Source: Desulfurococcales archaeon (GTDB lineage: Archaea; Thermoproteota; Thermoprotei_A; Sulfolobales; Desulfurococcaceae). From it: DNA of 64,000 nt. Of the stretch, positions 50,021-58,966 are shown one piece after another. The number at the start of each line of letters is the position of its first letter. The first letter of the stretch is position 1. The notes under the pieces were generated by a model. That model was not told where the DNA came from and did no database searches. It worked only from the letters and a program-made list of their open reading frames with translations. The position numbers and the translations under genes were made by a program. The DNA lies in contig JALVYU010000031.1 of the NCBI GenBank assembly GCA_027022365.1, forward strand, positions 352,001 to 416,000. Direction: 5' to 3'.

Positions 50021-50836
50021 TTATGTTAAATCATATATGAAGATCCTAGCTCTTTTGATCACTCCTTTGTGTTGCGATATGATTTTATTAATTATATCTT
50101 TTATTCCTTCAAATGACCCTATTTTAAGATTATTTACGGAGGAATCGGAGAATACACGTAATCCTACTTTATTGCTCCGCTTAATTAGCCACACACATGT
50201 GGAGCCTAGCCTTATAATTAATACAACATTGTTTTTCTCGGAGAGGATCCTATCAATAACTCTTAACAAATCATCGGACCCTGTCTCGATTAAACGATAA
50301 TCCCTACGTAATAATATATTCGCCCTATAAGTAACGTCTTCGAGCTGCATGGAAGCCTCATGGCTATAAACGAGTCTATCACCACTAGTTTCCTCGACTT
50401 TCTGATCGGATGAACCAAGCATCTCTATTATTTCGTCCCTAAGCCGATTAATCTTGAATTCTAGGATATATTCCTCGGGCGTTCCTCCTAATACTTGGAA
50501 ATTGCTATGTAACATTTCTCGGTCGATCTCGAACTCATGCCTGCTTAATTTAAATACTTCTATAAAGCCCTGCTGACTCCTCATTATGTTGTAGAAAACT
50601 TTGCTATCTGGTTTAATCGGAGTATTTTCTCTAAGTAAAACAATTACGGCGTTATAGCTAATCGATAAATACCCTAGAGCTGAGACGTTGTAATCATACG
50701 GGTTATGGTAGAATCGTAGAATGATATCCTTATCGCTATGTACGAAATCGATCATGTAAAGATAATACTTTAAGAGTTCATAGGTACTATAGTACTCTTT
50801 CAATTTATAGAATCGGCCTGTAAGCATTGATATCAT
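50021..50836 (-). CDS. Hypothetical protein with two DUF2226/PATAN-like units
   Basis: Two similar alpha/beta units ending GFIEVFKL and ARIFIYDL, joined by an acidic linker; first gene of the Roadblock cluster. Confidence 0.5.
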   Translation of the reverse strand: MISMLTGRFYKLKEYYSTYELLKYYLYMIDFVHSDKDIILRFYHNPYDYNVSALGYLSISYNAVIVLLRENTPIKPDSKVFYNIMRSQQGFIEVFKLSRHEFEIDREMLHSNFQVLGGTPEEYILEFKINRLRDEIIEMLGSSDQKVEETSGDRLVYSHEASMQLEDVTYRANILLRRDYRLIETGSDDLLRVIDRILSEKNNVVLIIRLGSTCVWLIKRSNKVGLRVFSDSSVNNLKIGSFEGIKDIINKIISQHKGVIKRARIFIYDLT

Positions 50837-51363
50837 ATTGTATATCCCTCATTTTCTAACACATTGAATTAATAATTCTGTCATTCGCAAACTATCTTAC
50901 TAAGATATGTCTTATCTTCAAATATATTTTTCTCATGATCTATATATCTATGAATTCCTACCCAATAAAATAGATAATTTATATGATTTCGATCAATAAT
51001 ACATAATGTTCTGGACAATTATATACATAATTATATAATACTATATCTAGACATGTATTATGCATTCAAAACATTAATAAAGCCACACTAATCAAAACGT
51101 ATCGAAAAAGTGCGTACAATGACCACTTATATTCGTTTTGACTTTCATTTATGAATATAAAATTTATTGAGATATCAGGTTAAAGAACCTAATATAACGT
51201 ACAGCAATAACTTAGTAATTAGTTAATAAATATATGAGATCTTGATTTTTTAATAACGAATTATGGATAAAGCACGTGATATATTTTTGTATGTTGTTTT
51301 CTTAACTAATTTTAGATCAGGTATAATATTTTATTATGAAGATAATTATTGAACTGTTGAGAG

Positions 51364-51903
51364 GTGAATTCTTTGGATAATGATGTTGATAATAGCTATA
51401 AGAGGGTCTTATTACTCGTTACGAAATACGTTCTGGTAATGGTTATCGTTGCTTTGATCGTTGGCGTGGTTTATAGGGAGTATAGTAAAACGATGCTACA
51501 GGGATTGCCTCTGGAGAAGACTATTCTCGCCTCTTACTACCTCAGCTTATCGCATGGCCACATAATAGTCGTGTGCGTGGTTATACCAGTAGTGCTCCTA
51601 GTACTCACGCACCTTGTGGCGAGGACAGGGCTTGGACACCCGGACTACCGCTCGCTGAGGAGGGCATTGATAATATATCTCGTAGGGGCTACCGGTGCCG
51701 TAGCACTCCTGGTCTACAAGGGCCTGGGGATAATATACTTCTACTCACAAAACCCGTCAGCAGGCCTCACCATGGCGGACAACATGCTGTTCCTGAGGAG
51801 CCACGCACTCAGAGAATCACTGTATGGGATCATCCACCTCCTACTCGGCATAGGCCTAGCGTGGTATGCTATATCATTGCTAAGAGCGACGAGAACTAAA
51901 TAA
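51364..51903 (+). CDS. DUF2871-like membrane protein
   Basis: GVVYREYSK...LSHGH...GIIHLLLGIG with four TM helices. Confidence 0.7.
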   Translation: MNSLDNDVDNSYKRVLLLVTKYVLVMVIVALIVGVVYREYSKTMLQGLPLEKTILASYYLSLSHGHIIVVCVVIPVVLLVLTHLVARTGLGHPDYRSLRRALIIYLVGATGAVALLVYKGLGIIYFYSQNPSAGLTMADNMLFLRSHALRESLYGIIHLLLGIGLAWYAISLLRATRTK

Positions 51904-52030
51904 ATAGATTTAACTCCTGTGTATTCCCAGCAATATGTTCGTCGTGGTACCGCTGATGATCCTCGGTTATAGGCTATATATCCTGTAAGCCGTTAATACC
52001 AGTGAATAGTAGTTAGCAGGCGGCCGTGGG

Positions 52031-53062
52031 CTAAAATCTGAGTAGTAGCGATGACAGAGTGTATCCTATTCCGCCGCCTAGGTAGTCGAAGCACAGCACG
52101 ATAGTTGAGATCTCTCGGGCACGGCCAGTATACGAGACCAGTGTATTGATGAGTGGTTCGAGCGGGCTGGATGAAACAGCTAGAGCGATTAATACTAGGA
52201 AGAATATAGTCGGCCCAATCCTCACGAAGACGAATGAAGTAAACAATAGTACAACTAAGGTATAGACCCCCATTAACATAGAAACTGTTCTCATACTTGC
52301 CAGCTTCTTAATACCCTTCCTGCTGATCATGAACTGGATAGACATATATGTGGCTGTCTCGAGCTCAACTGCTAAGAAGACTAGGAAACCAGGTATGCCT
52401 TGTCTTGCTCCGAGCTCAAATACCATTCCCATCCAGAGGTACTGTAGGAGCCAGTTAAGAGTTGCTAGTGCTGCGAGAGGAGCGGCTTTCCTGATTAGTG
52501 CTGGATCCCCAGAGAAGAACTTGGGCTTTATCTCGGCACCGCCAAGACGGGCGAAATATAGGAGTAGAATGAACCCGAAAGCTGTGGATACCGATAAGAC
52601 TGCGAGGAAGACTATCTTATTCGGCGTTATATATGTGAGTATCGGGGCTATGAAGAATGCTGCGGCCTCAGCTCCAGAGATTAGTGAGAAGAATTTCGAG
52701 GGATCCCTTAGGTGCTTGGACCAGCTTACCTCTAGATTGTATATGTATCCTCCAGTATAGATGCCAAGTAGCGCAGAGACCGATATTCCTATGAGGTAGA
52801 TCGTGACGTTATTGAGAAGCAGAGCTAGCGTTATCGTTGAGAAGAGGAAGAATAGGTGGACAAATGGCAGCGTCTTGAAAAGTCGTTCGCTATGAAGTAG
52901 TAATGGTACGAATCCCCGCGTAACTATGACGATGCCATAAATGGTTCCGAAAACCGGGGCGGCATTAGTGTATGCAAGGAAGTTTGTCGAATATATGGCG
53001 AAGGCGCCAATTATCGTAATTAGGAAATCCAAATAAACAAGGCCGGGTGATTGATCCCTCAA
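52031..53062 (-). CDS. MFS-like membrane transporter
   Basis: 343 aa with about 11-12 hydrophobic segments in two halves. Confidence 0.6.
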   Translation of the reverse strand: MRDQSPGLVYLDFLITIIGAFAIYSTNFLAYTNAAPVFGTIYGIVIVTRGFVPLLLHSERLFKTLPFVHLFFLFSTITLALLLNNVTIYLIGISVSALLGIYTGGYIYNLEVSWSKHLRDPSKFFSLISGAEAAAFFIAPILTYITPNKIVFLAVLSVSTAFGFILLLYFARLGGAEIKPKFFSGDPALIRKAAPLAALATLNWLLQYLWMGMVFELGARQGIPGFLVFLAVELETATYMSIQFMISRKGIKKLASMRTVSMLMGVYTLVVLLFTSFVFVRIGPTIFFLVLIALAVSSSPLEPLINTLVSYTGRAREISTIVLCFDYLGGGIGYTLSSLLLRF

Positions 53063-53461
53063 CCCAGTAGCCCCGCCAAGCCATGATGCTGATAATGGTT
53101 TTTGGCTTGTTCTATGCTTGTACTATGGAAATAACTCGTAGATATTCATTGATAATCATGAGGAATATTGTTGGGCCAAATAATTCCTCGTACAAAAATG
53201 ATTGTTTCGCCCAGGATCGCCGTATTCCCAACATCGGCAGAGACTATTGCTTAATGATAGTTGTCAATGTTAACTAGTCATCTGCTCGTGGGAATTGTAT
53301 CACCGATTAAGTGATTAGTGGTATTGACCATATTGATGCTCGTTATCACGAGTATTGTTTATGGTCTGTGTTCCTCAATTCAATCGGTACTTATATATTT
53401 TTACTAAACAATAATAATCTATTATACCCGGGATAACTCCGACTGGCAAGGGGCTTTTGTC

Positions 53462-54085
53462 TTGGTATTATCTAGTACATTGGTACGTAAGGACTTTAAG
53501 GCATCGATCGATCTGGAGGATGTTTTGGAGAAGAAGATCATGTTCTGGAGAAAGATATACTATAGAGAGAAAGAAAACAGAAGAATCAGCCCTAATACGG
53601 CACCACATCACAAGAAGCACCTCGGCTCGGCTGGTTATCCAATCAGTATCATGAGGCCAACATTTACTTTGATTGATCAAAGTGATCCCATCTATATTAG
53701 AACATACAGAATGATCGTGCGGGGAATCCTTGACTATAGCGTTTCGCTTATGAAGATACTTATGAAGGCTTCTGGCAAAAGCCTCGGGTACAGGCTTGTC
53801 GATAACGGGGATATTAGGTCGATCGATGACCTCGTCGATATATTCTTTAGACAACGGATAGGGTTACTAGACATAGTTGACGAATCAATAAATGTTATGA
53901 GGATAAACCTATACGAGTGTATGAGCTGCTACGGGACAAGATATATTGGTGTGTCACTATGTGATTTCGAGGCAGGCGTTATCGAAGGCGTTCTCGAGAG
54001 GCTATACGGTAAAAACACTACTATAGAGAAGTACTGCTGGGGACTAGGATATCATTTCTGCGGGTTCGAATCATATTTCGAGTGA
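53462..54085 (+). CDS. corQ: V4R-domain protein, CorQ-like CO-regulator component
   Basis: RPT...YR, ECMSC, LCDFEAGVIEG and EKYCWGLGYHFC; lies upstream of the CODH genes. Start codon uncertain. Confidence 0.78.
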   Translation: MVLSSTLVRKDFKASIDLEDVLEKKIMFWRKIYYREKENRRISPNTAPHHKKHLGSAGYPISIMRPTFTLIDQSDPIYIRTYRMIVRGILDYSVSLMKILMKASGKSLGYRLVDNGDIRSIDDLVDIFFRQRIGLLDIVDESINVMRINLYECMSCYGTRYIGVSLCDFEAGVIEGVLERLYGKNTTIEKYCWGLGYHFCGFESYFE

Positions 54086-54091
54086 TAATGT

Positions 54092-55237
54092 ATGACCTGG
54101 AGATGCATGCTCATAAGGATCTCGTCTCACTGCAACGGGGGATGCATTAACTGCCCATTTGTCTCCTCGAGCTCGAAGGAGAAGCAGATACTACCATATA
54201 GGGTCTTCGAGCACTTCATAGAAGTACTGGACAGACTAGAATTCAATGAGGCTGTTTTCCTCTGCCCTAACCCACTAACAGTCCCCCATGTCGAGAAGTT
54301 TATCGAGAAAGCAGGCGAGATAGCTCGGAGAACATATATGGTTATCCCTCTGAGGGCGATCCAGGTTTTGCGTAGGAGTACCGCCGAGAATCTCGACGAG
54401 ATCTTCCTCCTAGCGACCGATAAAGCCGAGGCATCCCTGGCGGAGAAGTACTTGAAATCACTTGTTAGCCAGGGAATGGAGAACATATCTGTGTACTTGG
54501 GCGTTAGGAGGATCGAGAATCTTCTAGATAATGTCGCCAGTTTTAGGGCGATCCTTGAGAAATATAATATTAGGCTGAGGATCGGTGAGCTCCCATATAT
54601 TGACCTTAACACTCTTAAGATAACGAATTATCTGAGAATGAAGGGCTACGAGGTAGGGTTGCCGCATGGCTACATGCTGGGCTATACTGCGTCTGTATGC
54701 TTCATAGACGGCTACGCGGTCACTGTTCTCGAGAAACCAGTAACGCTTGAGTGCAGGAAGATCTATATAGACTTCTACGGCCGTGTCTCGAAGTGCCCAT
54801 ACCTTGTTGGCCGCATGAGCATGTACTTGGACGATATAGACATACGCTCCCTTAGGAGGATCATGTACTCGCGGTGCCCGATCAAGGGGAACCTAATAGA
54901 TCTCATACCTGTGATTGATATAGGGTTCCTAACAGGCGATAACAACGTGTTAATACCCAAGGATATCATCGTGTTGCTGGAGATACTCGCCAACATGCGG
55001 TCTTTTAGGCAGGCATGCGAGCTCCTAGGATATAATCCCTCAACATATATATCCAAGATAAGAGCCCTGGAGAAGAAGCTGGGATACAGGTTGATCGACT
55101 CCTACAAGGGCGGTAATAGGAGGGGCTACACGGAGCTGACGCCCCAGGCCATGAAAATCATTAAGAGATACCGTGAGCTCAGAGAACATATATCCAAGAA
55201 GCTCTTTGATGAGGGATACGTTAATTTTATGATCTAG
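54092..55237 (+). CDS. corR: Degenerate radical-SAM-like Fe-S domain fused to a LysR/ModE-type HTH, CorR-like regulator
   Basis: CNGGCINC, C..IYIDFYGRVSKCP and C-terminal SFRQACELLGYNPSTYISKIRALEKKLGYRL...GG...ELT. Confidence 0.78.
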   Translation: MTWRCMLIRISSHCNGGCINCPFVSSSSKEKQILPYRVFEHFIEVLDRLEFNEAVFLCPNPLTVPHVEKFIEKAGEIARRTYMVIPLRAIQVLRRSTAENLDEIFLLATDKAEASLAEKYLKSLVSQGMENISVYLGVRRIENLLDNVASFRAILEKYNIRLRIGELPYIDLNTLKITNYLRMKGYEVGLPHGYMLGYTASVCFIDGYAVTVLEKPVTLECRKIYIDFYGRVSKCPYLVGRMSMYLDDIDIRSLRRIMYSRCPIKGNLIDLIPVIDIGFLTGDNNVLIPKDIIVLLEILANMRSFRQACELLGYNPSTYISKIRALEKKLGYRLIDSYKGGNRRGYTELTPQAMKIIKRYRELREHISKKLFDEGYVNFMI

Positions 55238-55342
55238 CCGTTTTCTATGATCTAAACAATATCTTCTTGGCCGATACCCTGTCCTGCAAACACGACTCCA
55301 CCTTAAAACATTATTAACATAGAGTATTCAAGGTGTAGCTAG

Positions 55343-55963
55343 GTGTCGCTAAGCCCAAGTGATTATGTTATATTCATAGATCCTGCACGTTGCATGGGAT
55401 GCAGGGCCTGCGAAACAGCATGTGCTGTCGAGCACTCAGTATCTAAGAATATATTCGGCGCAGTGCTCGAGAAGCCCCTCCCCGTGCCGAGGATCAGGGT
55501 TGTAACCGTCGACGGACTCCTATACGCGCCTATGAGGTGCCAGCACTGCAGGGACGCTCCATGCATGAATGTGTGCCCGACCAAGGCAATCCACAGATCA
55601 CGTGAGGGATTCGTGGTACTTGACCCTAACAAGTGCATAGGATGCCTCATGTGCGTGCTCGCATGTCCCTTCGGCCACCCCCGATACGACCCCGACACGA
55701 AGACCGTTGTTAAATGCGACTTCTGCATCGAGAGGATAAGGAGAGGGGAGGTCCCGGCATGTGTCGAGGCCTGCCCAACAGGGGCTCTAAGGTATGGGAG
55801 GCTCGAGGAGTTCCTCGAAGAGCTGGCGGCGGCTAAGGCAAGGGAGATGGTTAGCGGTAAGCCGATGCCGGGCATAGTCGTCTATAAGCCGGTCATAGAG
55901 GCAGGAGAGACGCCTAAGCCCATGGATGTAAACTCCATGTATAAGCCCGTGTCCTGGAGGTGA
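55343..55963 (+). CDS. cooF: CooF 4x[4Fe-4S] electron-transfer subunit
   Basis: CMGCRACETAC, CQHCRDAPCMNVCP, CIGCLMCVLACP and KCDFC...PACVEACP; overlaps cooS. Confidence 0.92.
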   Translation: MSLSPSDYVIFIDPARCMGCRACETACAVEHSVSKNIFGAVLEKPLPVPRIRVVTVDGLLYAPMRCQHCRDAPCMNVCPTKAIHRSREGFVVLDPNKCIGCLMCVLACPFGHPRYDPDTKTVVKCDFCIERIRRGEVPACVEACPTGALRYGRLEEFLEELAAAKAREMVSGKPMPGIVVYKPVIEAGETPKPMDVNSMYKPVSWR

Positions 55964-55971
55964 GCCTCTAC

Positions 55972-57882
55972 ATGAGTAGTAGATGGGATTATCTTAAGAG
56001 GAAAGTCCCCGCGAAACAGGTTTCCATAACCCCCGGAGTATCCGAGATGATCGAGAAGGCGGAGGAGGAGGGCGTAAAGACAGCGTGGCACAGGTATTTG
56101 GAGCAGCAGCCCCAGTGCTCGTTCGGCCTCCTCGGAATATGCTGTAGGAACTGCAACATGGGGCCGTGCAGAATAGACCCGTTCGGCTACGGCCCCCAGA
56201 GAGGTGTCTGCGGCGCGACGGCAGACACGATCGTGGCCAGGAACATCGTTAGAATGATCGCTGCCGGCGCAGCGGCCCATAGCGACCACGCCAGGGACGT
56301 CTTGAAGGTCTTTAAGCTGACGGCTGAGGGAAGGATTAAAACCTACAAGATCACTGACCCGGATAAGCTCGTCTGGCTAGCCACAGCCCTAGGGGTGGAG
56401 GTAGGGGATAGGAGGATCGAGGACATAGCCGTTGATGTAGCCAATATCCTCGAGAAAGAATTCGGGAAACAAGGCGATGAACCCCTGAGCCTCGTCAAGG
56501 CGCTCGCTCCCAAGAAGAGGCTGAAGGTATGGATGAAGGCAGGCATTGTTCCCAGGAACATTGACCGTGAGGTCTGTGAGTGTATGCATAGGACCCACAT
56601 GGGAGTGGATGCTGACCCCGTGAGTCTTCTCCTCCATGGAGCGAGGACGAGCCTCGCCGATGGCTGGAGCGGATCGATGATGGCGACACTGCTCAGCGAC
56701 ATATTGTTCGGGACGCCGAAGCCGGTCAAGTCGGTCATGAACCTCGGCGTCCTCAAGGAGGATATGGTCAATATAATTGTTCATGGCCATAACCCCATAC
56801 TCTCCATGAAGATCGTTGAGACCGCGATGAGGGACGATATACAGGAGTACGCCAGGAAATACGGTGCGAAAGGAGTAAATGTTGCGGGAATGTGCTGTAC
56901 AGGGAACGAGGTGCTCATGAGGCTGGGCGTCCCGATCGCCGGTAACATGCTGATGCAGGAACTAGCAATAATAACCGGCGCCGTCGAAGCCATAATCGTC
57001 GACTACCAGTGCGTGATGCCGGCCATCGTAGACGTGGCCGGGTGCTACCATACAAAGATCATAACCACCGAGCCCAAGATGCACATACCGGGCGCAGTAC
57101 ACGTCGAGTTCGAGCCGGAGCACGCCGACGAGATAGCAGAGAAAATCGTCAAGATAGCTATCGAGAACTACCCGAACAGGAGCAGGGAACGCGTACGTAT
57201 CCCGAAGCACAAGGTAGAAGTCGTCGCCGGGTTCAGCGTCGAGGCAATAGTCGAGGCCCTCGGAGGAACCCTGGATCCTCTCGTCGACGCCCTGAGGAAC
57301 GGCACGATCAAGGGTATTGTAGGCATAGTCGGGTGCGTCAACCCCAAGGTCAAGCACAACTACAGCCACGTAGTGCTCGCCAAGAAGCTGATCGCTAACG
57401 ACATACTCGTTGTCGGAACGGGCTGCTGGTCCATAGCCGCGGGTATACATGGGCTATTATCTCCGAGCGCCGCCGAGATCGCGGGTCCGGGCCTCAGAAA
57501 GATATGTGAAGCCCTCAAGATACCGCCGTGCCTACACATGGGAAGCTGCGTTGACTGCTCAAGAATACTCATAGCATTAAAAGCCCTCGCGGAGGCACTC
57601 GGGGTAGACATAGCGGATCTCCCCGCCGCGGGCTCGGCCCCCGAGTGGATGAGCGAGAAAGCAGTAAGTATAGGGACATACTTCGTAGCGTCAGGCCTAC
57701 TCGTACACCTAGGGACGATACCGCCCGTAATGGGCAGTAAAAAGGTGACAAAGCTCCTGACGGAGGACATAGAAGACGTCGTAGGAGGCAGGTTCTACGT
57801 AGAGCCCGATCCCGAGAAAGCGGCGGACACTATAATCGAGGTAATAAGGGAAAAGAGGAGAAGACTAGGGTGGCCGGTCTAG
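55972..57882 (+). CDS. cooS: Anaerobic Ni,Fe carbon monoxide dehydrogenase catalytic subunit
   Basis: QPQC.FG..GICCRNCNMGPC, CGA, AHSDH, HGHNP, CCTGNE, DYQC, GCVNP, TGC, HMGSCVD and EWMSEKA. GGAGGTGA precedes ATG 55972 (track start 55960). Confidence 0.97.
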   Translation: MSSRWDYLKRKVPAKQVSITPGVSEMIEKAEEEGVKTAWHRYLEQQPQCSFGLLGICCRNCNMGPCRIDPFGYGPQRGVCGATADTIVARNIVRMIAAGAAAHSDHARDVLKVFKLTAEGRIKTYKITDPDKLVWLATALGVEVGDRRIEDIAVDVANILEKEFGKQGDEPLSLVKALAPKKRLKVWMKAGIVPRNIDREVCECMHRTHMGVDADPVSLLLHGARTSLADGWSGSMMATLLSDILFGTPKPVKSVMNLGVLKEDMVNIIVHGHNPILSMKIVETAMRDDIQEYARKYGAKGVNVAGMCCTGNEVLMRLGVPIAGNMLMQELAIITGAVEAIIVDYQCVMPAIVDVAGCYHTKIITTEPKMHIPGAVHVEFEPEHADEIAEKIVKIAIENYPNRSRERVRIPKHKVEVVAGFSVEAIVEALGGTLDPLVDALRNGTIKGIVGIVGCVNPKVKHNYSHVVLAKKLIANDILVVGTGCWSIAAGIHGLLSPSAAEIAGPGLRKICEALKIPPCLHMGSCVDCSRILIALKALAEALGVDIADLPAAGSAPEWMSEKAVSIGTYFVASGLLVHLGTIPPVMGSKKVTKLLTEDIEDVVGGRFYVEPDPEKAADTIIEVIREKRRRLGWPV

Positions 57883-57929
57883 CGGCTGAAAAACCGGTAG
57901 GATTCACATCTTACTAAAAGTGATGAATA

Positions 57930-58727
57930 ATGAAAATTCTTGTATCGGGGAAGGGCGGCGTCGGGAAAACCTCAATATCAGCTATGCTCTCACTGATTTT
58001 TTCCCGTAACGGCTACAACGTACTAGCCCTCGACACAGACTCAGTGCCCAATCTCGCGTCGAGCCTAGGTATACCTATAGGTGAAGCAGAGAAAATTGTG
58101 CCGCTGGCGAAGAACGATAAGCTCGCAGAGGAGAGGACGGGTGCCAGGCCGGGAGAGGGCTGGGGCATACTCTTCTCACTAACGCCTAGTGTAGACGATA
58201 TAGCCGACAAGTACGGAGTTAAGATCAATGATAGATTGAAGCTGGTGGTCGTTGGAAGCATAGATATGAGCAAAGAAGGATGCCTATGCCCTGCAATAGC
58301 CCTGGCCAAGGCATTTCTAATACACGTAATGACGCGTAGCCGTGAGGTCATCATTGTAGACGCAGAAGCGGGAGCAGAGGTGTTCGGCAGAGGACTCGCT
58401 GAGAAATTCGACCTAAACATCACGGTCTCCGAGCCCACCATTAAATCACTGGTAATTGCTAGAAAACTCATTAGAATGGCTGACGAGCTTGGTATCAGGA
58501 ATAATATCTTGGTTGTAAACAAGGTCACCGATGAACTCACGGTCGCCCGTTCTATCAAGAAGGTATTCAATTATGAAAGAGTTGATTATCACATCGTCCG
58601 GTACGACCCTGAAGTTATGAAGCTGGAAATGCTTGGAGAAGGCCTAGATAAATTGGGTCCCAACTCAATATTTTTTAAGGACGTCCATTCTCTATATGAG
58701 AAAATCCTCAAATTAAAGAGGAAGTAA
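57930..58727 (+). CDS. cooC: CODH nickel-insertion ATPase CooC
   Basis: GKGGVGKT, GCLCP and DAEAGAEVFGRG. Confidence 0.93.
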   Translation: MKILVSGKGGVGKTSISAMLSLIFSRNGYNVLALDTDSVPNLASSLGIPIGEAEKIVPLAKNDKLAEERTGARPGEGWGILFSLTPSVDDIADKYGVKINDRLKLVVVGSIDMSKEGCLCPAIALAKAFLIHVMTRSREVIIVDAEAGAEVFGRGLAEKFDLNITVSEPTIKSLVIARKLIRMADELGIRNNILVVNKVTDELTVARSIKKVFNYERVDYHIVRYDPEVMKLEMLGEGLDKLGPNSIFFKDVHSLYEKILKLKRK

Positions 58728-58749
58728 CAAAGCCCCGGGGGTGACGAGC

Positions 58750-58953
58750 ATGTGTGAGTCGAAGGCTATAGAATTAACGGAAGCAGGTGAAAAACTACTG
58801 CTCGACGACGTTGCCCTGCTGGAGAACAAAGACGACGCGATAATACTCTATAATATCGAGGGCAAAAAGATCGAGCTGCCCAAGGATCAATACGTGATAG
58901 CACGGATAGACTTCCTGAAACACAAGATCTACTTCAGAAGATACGGAAAATGA
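58750..58953 (+). CDS. cooT: CooT-family nickel-binding protein
   Basis: Small protein starting MCESKA, with LLLDDV...IDFLKH; follows cooC. Confidence 0.75.
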   Translation: MCESKAIELTEAGEKLLLDDVALLENKDDAIILYNIEGKKIELPKDQYVIARIDFLKHKIYFRRYGK

Positions 58954-58966
58954 GGTTTAACTAACA

